Origin: Promethearchaeota archaeon
GTDB taxonomy: Archaea; Asgardarchaeota; Lokiarchaeia; Sigyniarchaeales; SOKP01
Direction: 5' to 3'
Assembly: GCA_016839705.1 (NCBI GenBank)
Contig: JAEOTR010000079.1
Span: 1 to 64,000 of the forward strand
Length of the DNA stretch: 64,000 nt
Shown here: positions 49,994 through 59,404 of the stretch, piece by piece
Position numbering within the stretch: the first letter of the stretch is position 1
How the letters are laid out: each line of letters starts with the position of its first letter
Notes under the pieces: generated by a model
What the model was told of the DNA's origin: nothing
What the model saw: only the letters and a program-made list of their open reading frames with translations
The model's database searches: none
Position numbers and translations under genes: made by a program

Positions 49994-50195
49994 GCCAAGG
50001 TGGCGTAGCCCGGTTCATCGCGTTAGAGCTCCTTATTGTAGGGTAAGAACGCACCAGATTCATCGGAGTTACCGATAAAGGTGAAACTGAAGATCTGGGT
50101 ATCGAGAAAAAATTGGGTCTCTTCGACCGTTTTCGGGAAGGTTCAAAAGAAAAACCCGCATTCGAGCTTTTTGGGAACTCCCTCCCTTGGCACCA
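49994..50195 (+). tRNA. tRNA-Phe(GAA) with four putative introns (50014-50046, 50058-50085, 50107-50139, 50148-50178)
   Basis: Joined exons give GCCAAGG TG GCGT AGCCCGGGA ACGC A CCAGA CTGAAGA TCTGG GTATC GAGGG TTCAAAT CCCTC CCTTGGC ACCA with all four stems perfectly paired; BHB-like junctions. Confidence 0.85.
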
Positions 50196-50347
50196 CTCTT
50201 AAGATTTATTATTGATTATTTATATCCCTCTTCTTCTTAAAATTAGATTCTAGCTCTTTTACTACTCCTTTACCATATATATTTAATTTCCCAAATCCTT
50301 TCCTTTTGTCCGTTAATGCTTTTTCAATTGCTTTTATAATTGTATTA

Positions 50348-50995
50348 TCATTTACCAATAATAAAACCTTTCACTTTATCCAATTTCTTTACAACAGCTT
50401 TGGTTATCGAAGTTAATTGCTCATAGTTTTGATGCCCATTAGCAATTAAAACGTGATTACAATCGCATTCTTGAGAAACTTCGAAATCATGGCTCGTATC
50501 ACCTATGAACCATGTTTTTTTCGGGTCTAAATCAGAATTTTCGATAAAATTTTTGGCGATAACGGCTTTACTAACAGCTAAATTATTTGATAAACCTAAA
50601 ATTGAATGAAAAAAACCATTTATCTTTTTTTCTCGCACAGATTTGGTTAAGATTCCTTGTTCCATAGCAGATATTATCGTTTGCTTGTAACCCAATTGGG
50701 AAAAATAGTGCAGATTTTCTTTTACACCGGGAAATAGTTGACAAGATGGTAATCTGGAATTATATTCTGATATGAATTCTTCGGTGATTTTCTTAAAATT
50801 TTCTGTGGATGTATCAAAACCTAATTTGCTGTAGTAATTTTGAACTGGGAACGTGAATATTTTTTTATAGGATTCTTTAGAAATAGTTTTTTTATTATAT
50901 TTTGACAATAAAGCATTGATCGAATCAATGCAGATATCAACATCATCTAAGAGCGTACCATTCCAATCCCAAATGATCGTAAAATTGTCTATCAT
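50348..50995 (-). CDS. HAD family phosphatase
   Basis: WDWNGTLLDD, FIGDTSHD. Confidence 0.88.
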   Translation of the reverse strand: MIDNFTIIWDWNGTLLDDVDICIDSINALLSKYNKKTISKESYKKIFTFPVQNYYSKLGFDTSTENFKKITEEFISEYNSRLPSCQLFPGVKENLHYFSQLGYKQTIISAMEQGILTKSVREKKINGFFHSILGLSNNLAVSKAVIAKNFIENSDLDPKKTWFIGDTSHDFEVSQECDCNHVLIANGHQNYEQLTSITKAVVKKLDKVKGFIIGK

Positions 50996-51149
50996 TACGT
51001 TTTATTTATTTCTTGTTCCGATTTTTTAGTTGTATATATAAAATAATTTCCTGAAAACCAGTATTTCTTTAATTAAGTGGGTTTTTCAAATTAAATTTTT
51101 TTATTAAATCCATAACATCGGAAAACCAACAATTGCTTTTAAGAAAATC

Positions 51150-51680
51150 TTAAGTGAGAATGTCTTTTCTTCTTACATCATATTTTATAAATTCTTGAAA
51201 TTGTTCATTATCCTCATCAATAAACTCCCAAAACTCATCGTAGAGTTCCCGCAGTGTTTTGTCTTTATTTTCTGATTTGATCTGTATCTCTTGTTTTTGA
51301 AAATTCTTAATTTTATTCTGACGATTCGGTATATATTCGAGATAATCCCCCTCTAAGACTAAATTTTCAAATAATTCCTGATCATCTTTGATACTGTTCT
51401 TAGGTTGTTGGTTTTGTTCGATCTTTGTCTTTTCAAATTCAAAATCTACTCTTTGATACCCTCTTACCACAAAATTTTTATCTACAAACGCTTGAAATTG
51501 GTGTTCACAAACTAGACCTCTTGCTATTGACATTGTAGTTAAACCTTTTGTTTTATCAACAATTGATCTAGGAGATTTCAAGCTTTTTTTAGATTTACAA
51601 ACGGGACAGATAAACTGAATCTGGGTAAAATTAGTTGAGGTAATTATTTCGGGGCTTTGGGCTAGTTTAGTAACTGCCAT
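51150..51680 (-). CDS. zinc-finger protein of a family I recall as common in Lokiarchaeia
   Basis: CPVC...VCEHQFQAFVDKNFVVRGYQRVD. Confidence 0.65.
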   Translation of the reverse strand: MAVTKLAQSPEIITSTNFTQIQFICPVCKSKKSLKSPRSIVDKTKGLTTMSIARGLVCEHQFQAFVDKNFVVRGYQRVDFEFEKTKIEQNQQPKNSIKDDQELFENLVLEGDYLEYIPNRQNKIKNFQKQEIQIKSENKDKTLRELYDEFWEFIDEDNEQFQEFIKYDVRRKDILT

Positions 51681-51785
51681 AATAACACCTTCTTTTTATA
51701 CTCAGAAATTAAACATAAAAACTCCTATATAAATTATAACAGAGTGAAAGGAAAAGTAAAACCCAAATTTCAAAACTTGGGATTA

Positions 51786-52328
51786 TTAGGTATTTTGAGG
51801 ATCAAGTTTTAAATTCATGTTTGTTTCATCCAGCTCAAAATTAATTATGAAATTTGACACTATATCGCTTTCAATTTTAAAAACATGCTTACCCTCAACT
51901 AAATTTTCTAAAATACTCGCGTTAAGCTTAAATAATACACTGATGGTATCACCTAATTCTATCATTCTACCACTAAATTTACCTTCAAGAATGTCGTCTA
52001 AATCAAATGATTCTCCTTTATGATAAATGATAAATTGACTCTTTAAATTTTCAATTTTAATTGATTCTTTTGGAATATTGATTGGATTATCGTCTAAATA
52101 CAGTGTTGCGTATTCAGATAAATCAAAAGTGTTTATATCAATACTGTTTAAATCAAAATCCCCAAGTTCGATATTTTCTGGAACTGAAAAGGGGATTATT
52201 AAATTTTTTACCTTTATTTTTAAGGAATCTGCTTTTCCATCTCCCGTTGTATCTATTGTAAACACGCTTTCTTTAGGAGGAAAAAGCCTTTTAATTAAAA
52301 CTTTAAAAGCAGATAAATCAAATGGAAT
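51786..52328 (-). CDS. hypothetical protein (probable ATT start)
   Basis: Frame is open from ATT 52328 (8 nt after GGTG) through the GTG 52265 used by the ORF track. Confidence 0.6.
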   Translation of the reverse strand: MPFDLSAFKVLIKRLFPPKESVFTIDTTGDGKADSLKIKVKNLIIPFSVPENIELGDFDLNSIDINTFDLSEYATLYLDDNPINIPKESIKIENLKSQFIIYHKGESFDLDDILEGKFSGRMIELGDTISVLFKLNASILENLVEGKHVFKIESDIVSNFIINFELDETNMNLKLDPQNT

Positions 52329-52398
52329 ATTCTATACACCAATTTTTTAAAATTAACTTTTAGAATTTGGGGTACTTTATTAAAGATTTTATTTTAAA

Positions 52399-53421
52399 CT
52401 ATAGATTAATTTCAGAAATCTTTACAGGGCGATTTTCTTTGTATGATCTCTGAACTGCAGTTGCTATTATCGCATTTATTAAACCATCTTCTCCGTTTGG
52501 AGAGGGTTCATTATTATAACGTAAGCTTTCGAAGAACGAATGTAATTCTAATGCATATGATTCCATATATCTCTCTAAGAAGAAGTATGGGATGTTGTCT
52601 TCCTTTGTCTTTTCAGCTGTATAGAGGCGAACAGTATTGGTCGGTTCATTATCCGCAACAGCACATCCTTTCGAGCCAAAAACTTCAACTCTTTGGTCGT
52701 ATCCATATATAGCTTGACGAGAGTTATCAATTATACCAATAGCACCATTATCAAGTTTTAAAATAATCGCAGCAGTATCAATATCTCCAATTTTCCCTAC
52801 TTCAGGATCAACAAGAGCTGCTCCAGTAGCATATACTTCTTCAACTTCGCTTCCCGTTTGAAAGCGTACCATATCCCAATCGTGTATTGTCATATCAAAA
52901 AACATTCCTCCTGAACTTTTTAAGTACTCAATTGAAGGGAGTGCTGGATCTCGAGCAGTCACTTTAACGATTTGAGGGATTCCGATTTGGCCGGATTTAA
53001 CAATCTCTCTAACTCTTTTAAAGTTTTTGTCAAATCGCCTATTAAATCCAATCATAAGTTTGATTCCTTCATTTTTAACAATTTCTAGAGTTTCCTTGAT
53101 GAGTTTCAAATCTGTATCAATCGGTTTCTCACTAAAAACATCTTTTTTAAGGTGGGCTGCTTTTTGAATGAACTTAACATGTGTATCTGTAGAGGAAGCA
53201 ATCACTACAGCATCAATCCCAGGGTCATTAAAAATATCGTCTGCATCTTGGATGAGTAAAGGAACTCCTACTTTCTTTGCCCATTCTTTCATTTGATCAT
53301 CGATGTTAATATCAGCAACCATTTTCAACTTTAATCCGGGTACATTCCGTATAATATTTTCAATGTGTATTTTCCCAATTCTACCGACGCCTATAACCCC
53401 AACATTAAATGTAGACTTCAC
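52399..53421 (-). CDS. iolG: myo-inositol 2-dehydrogenase (Gfo/Idh/MocA)
   Basis: GVGRIG, SEKP, GFNRRFD, DMTIHDWD, YGYDQRVEVFGS. Confidence 0.9.
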   Translation of the reverse strand: MKSTFNVGVIGVGRIGKIHIENIIRNVPGLKLKMVADINIDDQMKEWAKKVGVPLLIQDADDIFNDPGIDAVVIASSTDTHVKFIQKAAHLKKDVFSEKPIDTDLKLIKETLEIVKNEGIKLMIGFNRRFDKNFKRVREIVKSGQIGIPQIVKVTARDPALPSIEYLKSSGGMFFDMTIHDWDMVRFQTGSEVEEVYATGAALVDPEVGKIGDIDTAAIILKLDNGAIGIIDNSRQAIYGYDQRVEVFGSKGCAVADNEPTNTVRLYTAEKTKEDNIPYFFLERYMESYALELHSFFESLRYNNEPSPNGEDGLINAIIATAVQRSYKENRPVKISEINL

Positions 53422-53579
53422 AATATATCACATACAACGCTTTGTTATCTAATTGGAATATGAAAAATGAAAACTACCTTTAAAATCTATAAATGAGAAT
53501 TAAAGTTTTAAATTTATGTAAGTCTAAATTGAATTAATCACATAAAAATTTATTAACAATTAATAAAAGTGTAAGTTTA

Positions 53580-54791
53580 ATGAATGAAACGAATATACAA
53601 GTGTATAGCTATAGATGGATTGAGTTATTACTATTTATGTTTGTGAATATAACATTACAGATGCTCTGGATTAGTTTTGCAGCAGTTACTTTAGAAGCAA
53701 CAGCCTTTTATAATGTAGATGAGTTATTAATATTACTTTTATCAATGTCCTTCATGATTGTTTATATTCCAATCACATTTCTAGCATCTTGGTTGATAGA
53801 TAAATATGATTTTAAAATTGGGGCAGGAATTGGTGCGTTATTAGCTGCCATATTTGGTTTCTTAAGATTTTTTGCCTTCACCGATTACACTTTAGTATTA
53901 GTATTTCAAATTGGAATAGCTATTAGTCAACCATTTATTTTAAATAGCATAACAAAATTATCCTCAAACTGGTTTCCAGAATCGGAACGTACTACTGCTA
54001 CGGGATTATCTCTAATTTCTCAGTTTTTGGGAATTGCCTTCGGGGTGTTAATAACTCCTATCCTCGTTACAGGAAATGATTTGGGTCTAATGTTATTAAT
54101 ATATGGTATAATAGCAATGATTTCAGGCATTTTATTCCTGGTGTTTGCTAAAGACAAACCCCCTACTCCACCATCAAAAGTAGCTACAAGTGAAAAAGTA
54201 TTCATGTCTGAGGGGCTTAAACAACTATTTACCAATAGACAATTCTTGATTTTAGTAATGATATTTTTCATCGGATTAGGCACATTTAATATGATTACCT
54301 CCTATATCGAATTAATAGTTATTCCTAGAGGTTATGGAGCAGAAGAAGCTGGGATTCTTGGAGGGATAATGTTGTTTGGCGGAATCATTGGTGCGATTGT
54401 AATGTCTGCTCTATCTGATAAATTCAAAAAACGGAAAATCTTGATACTTATTTCTGTTTTAATTGCCGCTATTTCTCTATTTGTTCTGTCTTTTACTAAT
54501 GATATTACTTTATTATATGTTTCTAGCTTTTTACTAGGATTTGGAATTCTGTCTGCGGGACCTGTTGCTCTTGAATTCGCTGTAGAAAAGACACGACCTG
54601 TTCCAGAATCGTCTTCAAATGGCATCTTAATGATGATAGGACAAGTTGGTGGTATTCTGTTTATTCTTGGACTGGTAGATTTCACCCTTAATGGAGATTA
54701 TCTCCCTGCATTACTTCTGCTGGCAAGCTTAACGGTTTTGATATTCATTTTAGGATTTTTCTTAAAAGACACAAAACATGAAATTGATTGA
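53580..54791 (+). CDS. MFS transporter (FLVCR-like)
   Basis: About 12 TM segments; YSYRW, WFPESERTTATG. Confidence 0.88.
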   Translation: MNETNIQVYSYRWIELLLFMFVNITLQMLWISFAAVTLEATAFYNVDELLILLLSMSFMIVYIPITFLASWLIDKYDFKIGAGIGALLAAIFGFLRFFAFTDYTLVLVFQIGIAISQPFILNSITKLSSNWFPESERTTATGLSLISQFLGIAFGVLITPILVTGNDLGLMLLIYGIIAMISGILFLVFAKDKPPTPPSKVATSEKVFMSEGLKQLFTNRQFLILVMIFFIGLGTFNMITSYIELIVIPRGYGAEEAGILGGIMLFGGIIGAIVMSALSDKFKKRKILILISVLIAAISLFVLSFTNDITLLYVSSFLLGFGILSAGPVALEFAVEKTRPVPESSSNGILMMIGQVGGILFILGLVDFTLNGDYLPALLLLASLTVLIFILGFFLKDTKHEID

Positions 54792-54894
54792 TTAATCTTT
54801 TCTTTATTTTTTTTATTTCTTTTATTCAAACAAAACTTTTTATATCATTTTAGTCTATTTTTTGTTATTCCTTACTTATTGGAGATTTAAGCAA

Positions 54895-55563
54895 ATGAAC
54901 GAAGACAGTAAAAATGGATTTGAGAATGAAGAAGAGGATCTTGAAATAAAAGAAGTTGAATTTGATAAAGAGACAGAAAATAAGAAGCAAGAAATTGCTA
55001 CTAAAAAAAAATTAGCTTTTTTATTAGACCAATCAAAAGATTCGGTGGAAGAAAGTAATGAATGGGGTACTTTTAGAATAAGATCAACTAATTCTACCGA
55101 AATTTTAGAAAATGAATCATTTTACAGAACTCCTCTAACAAATGTGATTGAAAATGAGACCGAATATTTTTTTCTTGTAGAATTACCTGGATTGGATAAA
55201 CGACATGTAAATATTACTCTTCAGGAAGATATATTAGAAGTGTTAGGTGAAAAAACGCTAAAACATGTAGAAGAAAAAGAAGAGAAAAAAAAGAAAGAAA
55301 AAAAGGAAGATAAAGAAAAAAAAGATGAGAAGAAAGATAAGCATAAAGATAAAAAAGACAAGAAAAAAGAGAAACACAAAGATCTCAAAGGAGATTTTTT
55401 AAGAAGAGAATTTAGGTCATCCAGCTTCTATAGAAGCTTTGTCCTCCCTGAAGAGATAAATTCAGAAGGTATCGATGCAAGTTTTAAAAATGGCATTCTA
55501 AGATTAAGAATACCCAAAAAGATTACTGAAATTGGGGATAAAAAGACAATTGAAATAAAATAA
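54895..55563 (+). CDS. Hsp20/alpha-crystallin protein with K/E/D-rich insertion
   Basis: VELPGL, RREF...FYRSFVLPE, ASFKNGILRL. Confidence 0.9.
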   Translation: MNEDSKNGFENEEEDLEIKEVEFDKETENKKQEIATKKKLAFLLDQSKDSVEESNEWGTFRIRSTNSTEILENESFYRTPLTNVIENETEYFFLVELPGLDKRHVNITLQEDILEVLGEKTLKHVEEKEEKKKKEKKEDKEKKDEKKDKHKDKKDKKKEKHKDLKGDFLRREFRSSSFYRSFVLPEEINSEGIDASFKNGILRLRIPKKITEIGDKKTIEIK

Positions 55564-55614
55564 AATTCATTTTCTATCTCATTTTTTTTTAAAAAAAGGG
55601 AAAAAACTAAATTT

Positions 55615-56112
55615 TTAGATTTTCGCACCACAATAGGCACAATATTGCGCAGACTCCTTAGTTTTGGGAGTACCACAATTTGCACAAAACTTTGCTTGCT
55701 CTCCCGAAGTTACTTCTTTTTCTGGGTGTAAAAGATGTTTCATTTGGCCTGTTTGTGAGCTAAATTTTGCTCGAAGTTGACCTGATGCTTTAAGATCCAG
55801 TACTATTGCGTGAATATCTTTTATCGTAATTCCTGTACTCTTGCTGACCTCTTCTACTGTAGCCTCTGGATTCTCATTAAATTCAGTTAGTACAACATTT
55901 CTTAGTTTACTTCTGTTTGTCAACGCGAAAATTTGTCCGATTAAAATTGCTAAGCCGATTCCCGTTGATACAAAACCCCACCACTCCCAGCCTCTGCCCC
56001 AGTTTATAAATCGTTCAATCCCCCACCATAGAAACGCCCCAGCAATAATTAGGGTGCATATTGAGAACCCATCTGAATATTGGTTTTTCTCATATTTCAT
56101 TTTTTTTTTCAC
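55615..56112 (-). CDS. 2-TM membrane protein with wHTH-like region and C-terminal double zinc ribbon
   Basis: Two TM helices; FCANCG...YCAYCG. Confidence 0.7.
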   Translation of the reverse strand: MKKKMKYEKNQYSDGFSICTLIIAGAFLWWGIERFINWGRGWEWWGFVSTGIGLAILIGQIFALTNRSKLRNVVLTEFNENPEATVEEVSKSTGITIKDIHAIVLDLKASGQLRAKFSSQTGQMKHLLHPEKEVTSGEQAKFCANCGTPKTKESAQYCAYCGAKI

Positions 56113-56256
56113 TTATTTTTCTGTTTCTGAATTATTAAGATTTAATTCTGTTAAGTAATTTACTTGCTATTATAAATTTTACTCTAGGAATCTCTTTCAA
56201 ATGAAGAAAACAATGGTAAATTTTTTAGATTTACCAGATGGAACTCCTTTACTGAT

Positions 56257-56610
56257 TTAATTAGTAATTATACATTTGTTTATTATATCAAAAATAGATG
56301 AAAAATCAATTTGATCTTCCATAAGAAGTATAATAATCTTATTTAAGATTTTTAGTGAAAGCACGTAGAAGTTATCTGAGTGAATTACTGTGAAGTCAGG
56401 AGAGTGTACACCAATATCAGAAGTGATTTCCTCAGCTAATTCATATAATTGAGACACATTTAACCCTATTGACGTTTTATTGAATTCTTGGTTAATATAT
56501 GACTTTATAACTGCACCATTTTCAGAGGTTATTAGTATGAAATATAGTCCAGAACCTAGTTCTTTTACTAAAGTATCCAATACTAAATCAACTTCTAGAG
56601 TTGCAGTCAT
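56257..56610 (-). CDS. Roadblock/LC7-like protein
   Basis: LYFILITSENGAVIKS plus the helix/strand pattern; ATG 56610 preferred. Confidence 0.65.
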   Translation of the reverse strand: MTATLEVDLVLDTLVKELGSGLYFILITSENGAVIKSYINQEFNKTSIGLNVSQLYELAEEITSDIGVHSPDFTVIHSDNFYVLSLKILNKIIILLMEDQIDFSSIFDIINKCIITN

Positions 56611-56766
56611 TGTGATATAATTTATTAGTCTGTTTATATATAATTTGTGGTGAAAATTATTATTTCGATACAATTTCTCAAACATAAATCATCTTTCTAA
56701 ATTTAAAAATGTTGATTAGATTTTGTTTGAGTATGATTAATTCTATAAAATACTGTAGAAAATACT

Positions 56767-57240
56767 TTAAATCTCAAAATATTGGTCTATAACAGTGTCA
56801 AAACTGTGAAAAGGTGAAACATCTCCTTTAAAATTAGTGATATAAGGATAATAATATTTTTCTATAAATTTGTCTACTACTATATGAATGTACTTATCGA
56901 AATTTTCCGTGAGTTTATCTCTTTCAATAAAATACGCAAAAATGACATTATTCTTGATATTAACATAAAAATGATGACTTCCCAAATTGATATCTTCGAG
57001 CCTTAATTCAGGATCCTCACCACTGATAAAATCCTTCGAATAGATTAATATCGCTGAAATAAAACCAGCAATTTGAAATATGTTTTTAGATATCTTTTTT
57101 CTATTTTTATTCACTTTAGAGAAGTATAATAGTCCTGTTTTATCTAAAGCAAGAAAGCATACTAAACCTTTTGCTCGAGGAAATTGAATTGATTTAATAT
57201 AAATTCTTTTTTTTACATATAGATACGAGATAATGGACAA
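56767..57240 (-). CDS. longin-like domain protein (start uncertain)
   Basis: LALDKTGLLYFSK...IAGFISAI...FYV...IFAYF...FKGDVSPF pattern. Confidence 0.6.
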   Translation of the reverse strand: MSIISYLYVKKRIYIKSIQFPRAKGLVCFLALDKTGLLYFSKVNKNRKKISKNIFQIAGFISAILIYSKDFISGEDPELRLEDINLGSHHFYVNIKNNVIFAYFIERDKLTENFDKYIHIVVDKFIEKYYYPYITNFKGDVSPFHSFDTVIDQYFEI

Positions 57241-57274
57241 AAAATCTTTTTATAAAATAATATTTTTAAAATAA

Positions 57275-57664
57275 TATTTAGATATCCCGGAGAGACGAGA
57301 CTTCAATGTAGATAGAATTAGACTCCAGCAAGTAATTACTAATATCTTATCTAATGCTATTAAGAATACGCCTTTAAATGGGATTATTTACCTTAGGTTA
57401 ATTAATAAACCTGAATATGTCGATATTATTATAAGAGATACTGGAGTGGGGATAACACCAAAAGAAAAAGAATTATTATTTGAGAAATTTGGCAAAATTG
57501 AAAGATATGCTATGGATTTAGGTGTAGACATCGAAGGTTCTGGTCTGGGTCTATACATATCAAAGGAAATTGTAGAATTACACGGTGGTCAAATACTAGT
57601 AGAGTCTGAAGGAAGAAATAGAGGATCCCGGTTTATCATTCGATTAAGTAAACCTCAGTTTTGA
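57275..57664 (+). pseudogene. isolated HATPase_c fragment of a sensor histidine kinase
   Basis: DRIRLQQVITNILSNAIKNT, DTGVGI, GSGLGLYISKEIVELHGG; in-frame TAA at 57272, no H-box, no ATG/GTG/TTG before the N-box. Confidence 0.7.
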
Positions 57665-57672
57665 ATAAAAAG

Positions 57673-57806
57673 TGGGCCAGGCAGGATTCGAACCTGCGAC
57701 ATCCCAAAACGAAGTTCGCCGAAAAACGCCGAATTTGTCCGAAGCCGGGCACCCTTGCTGGTGTTTTCCATATTGGAAATAAAAATCCAGGCTAGATTAC
57801 AGGCCC
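57673..57806 (-). tRNA. tRNA-Arg(UCG) with two introns (D-loop 57756-57784; ~39/40 57707-57736)
   Basis: GGGCCTG...ATCT AGCCTGGAT|A GGGT G CCCGG CT TCG GA C|TGGG ATGTC GCAGG TTCGAAT CCTGC; the D-loop BHB has a perfect CTGG/CCAG helix. Confidence 0.88.
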
Positions 57807-57975
57807 ATAGTTGGTCTAAATGTGATATTTTCTTAAATTTAATTCTTAAAAATTAAAATCATCTAACTTATAATATTTTCATCTATTATTTCAAAAAAAC
57901 ATTTGCTTGTATTCTTCAAAATTTAATTCAATAGAATTGATATCGATCTCATGATCAAGAAAATATAATTTAGAA

Positions 57976-58082
57976 TGGCGCGGCTAGCGGGATTTTCTAA
58001 AAAGCTCGAAGGGAACTTTCTTTTGAACCCGCGTCGCAGGAGTGACAGTCCCGAATGCTAGACCGGGCTACACTATAGCCGC
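57976..58082 (-). tRNA. tRNA-Asp(GUC) with T-loop (59/60) intron 57993-58021
   Basis: GCGGCTA/TAGCCGC acceptor, CGGGA CT GTC AC TCCTG, GCGGG TTCAAA|T CCCGC, encoded CCA. Confidence 0.92.
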
Positions 58083-58254
58083 ATTTTCAGATTTTTTTTT
58101 AAAAATCTAGAGTACTAAATCAATAAAAATATAAAAATTTTCCGTTTAGAAGGCAATTAGACTTCGAAAAGACTAATAGAAACATTTATATTAATAAAAA
58201 GTAATGTAGATTATAAGGAGTATAGAGGTATAACAATATATTTTATTCGGTATT

Positions 58255-58692
58255 TTGCCACAAGTATATATGCTCAATTCAAAAAGTTTCAGCTCAGTTG
58301 TACACGAATTAGAAAACAACGATGAAGAGTTTGTTACCACAATAGATAGAGTTATTAGTTTTGCGGTAAATATTATTAGGAATACTGAAGAACTTAGAGA
58401 AGAAATTCGAGATTATAATGATTTATATCAAATTCTATTGACTGATATAAATTTTAATTTTTGGTTAAAAGTATCCAATGGTTCTATAATATACAAAAAA
58501 GGGATTAACAGAAGTGCGACATTTAGAGTTACATATGCAAAGGATATTTTCATTAAAATTCTTAAACGCGATATAGCAGGAACGGATGCATATATGAAAG
58601 GTCAAATTAAAGTGGATGGTAATCTGAGTGATGGTTTAAGATTCATTAAAATTTTTAGGTTGTTTATAAAATATATTGAGAATATAATGTAG
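58255..58692 (+). CDS. SCP2 sterol-binding domain protein
   Basis: FWLKVSNG, DAYMKGQIKVDGNL. Confidence 0.85.
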   Translation: MPQVYMLNSKSFSSVVHELENNDEEFVTTIDRVISFAVNIIRNTEELREEIRDYNDLYQILLTDINFNFWLKVSNGSIIYKKGINRSATFRVTYAKDIFIKILKRDIAGTDAYMKGQIKVDGNLSDGLRFIKIFRLFIKYIENIM

Positions 58693-58902
58693 AAGAGATA
58701 ATTTTCTTTTCATACTTTGAAAGTTTTGAATTTGAACCTGGGTTTTTCAAAAATTTTATTAGTTGTCTCTGGATTCATAGATCTTCTATCAAAAGCGACA
58801 CAAATAAAACCTTTTTATACTACTAAATCCTTTTAATATTGTTATTTTAAAGAATATTCATCTATAATTCTCAAGATAATAGAGAAAAATTATACAAAAA
58901 GG

Positions 58903-59349
58903 TTGAAAATAAAAATGGTTGATGAATCATTATTAAAGGAAATTAAAGCCGCTCAAGATGCGGGAGCTTCAGCTGCTTCAGCTGATGACGTGAAGAAATC
59001 CCTAGCTTTTATTAAACAAGTTTCTGTAGAAAACGAAGATCTTAAGGAAGAACTCGAAGATATGGATATTGCAATACAGTTAGTTTTTTCTGATGTTGAC
59101 ATAAAGTTCTGGTTGACAGTAAAAGAAGGAGATTTAGATTTTGGGGAAGGTGATGTTGATAATCCCTCATTCACGCTGACCTCCACCCTGGAAGTTGGAG
59201 CGGGAATTGTTATGGGTGAGGTTGATGCGACTTCCGCTTACATGGCTGGTGATATTACCGTTGAGGGCAATCTTCAGGATGCAATGGCCTTTCAAGAGAT
59301 AATTGAACTCGCTCTCGAAGCTTTCGAAGATCTTGTTGAAGATTTATAA
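58903..59349 (+). CDS. SCP2 sterol-binding domain protein
   Basis: FWLTVKEG, SAYMAGDITVEGNLQDA. Confidence 0.88.
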   Translation: MKIKMVDESLLKEIKAAQDAGASAASADDVKKSLAFIKQVSVENEDLKEELEDMDIAIQLVFSDVDIKFWLTVKEGDLDFGEGDVDNPSFTLTSTLEVGAGIVMGEVDATSAYMAGDITVEGNLQDAMAFQEIIELALEAFEDLVEDL

Positions 59350-59377
59350 AAAAACAATAATTTAAAACAACCTAAAC

Positions 59378-59404
59378 GGCTTTTAAAGAAGCCCCTTCTT
59401 TTTT
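59378..59404 (+). terminator. hairpin plus T-rich tract after the SCP2 pair
   Basis: GGCTT-ttaaag-AAGCC followed by CCTTCTTTTTT. Confidence 0.4.

Noticed and set aside
50014-50085. Alternative tRNA-Phe model with one long intron (D-arm ending ATCGC, anticodon stem TTAGA/TCTGG)
   Set aside because: Gives two G-U pairs in the anticodon stem and no BHB in register, while the two-intron model gives perfect stems; not formally excluded
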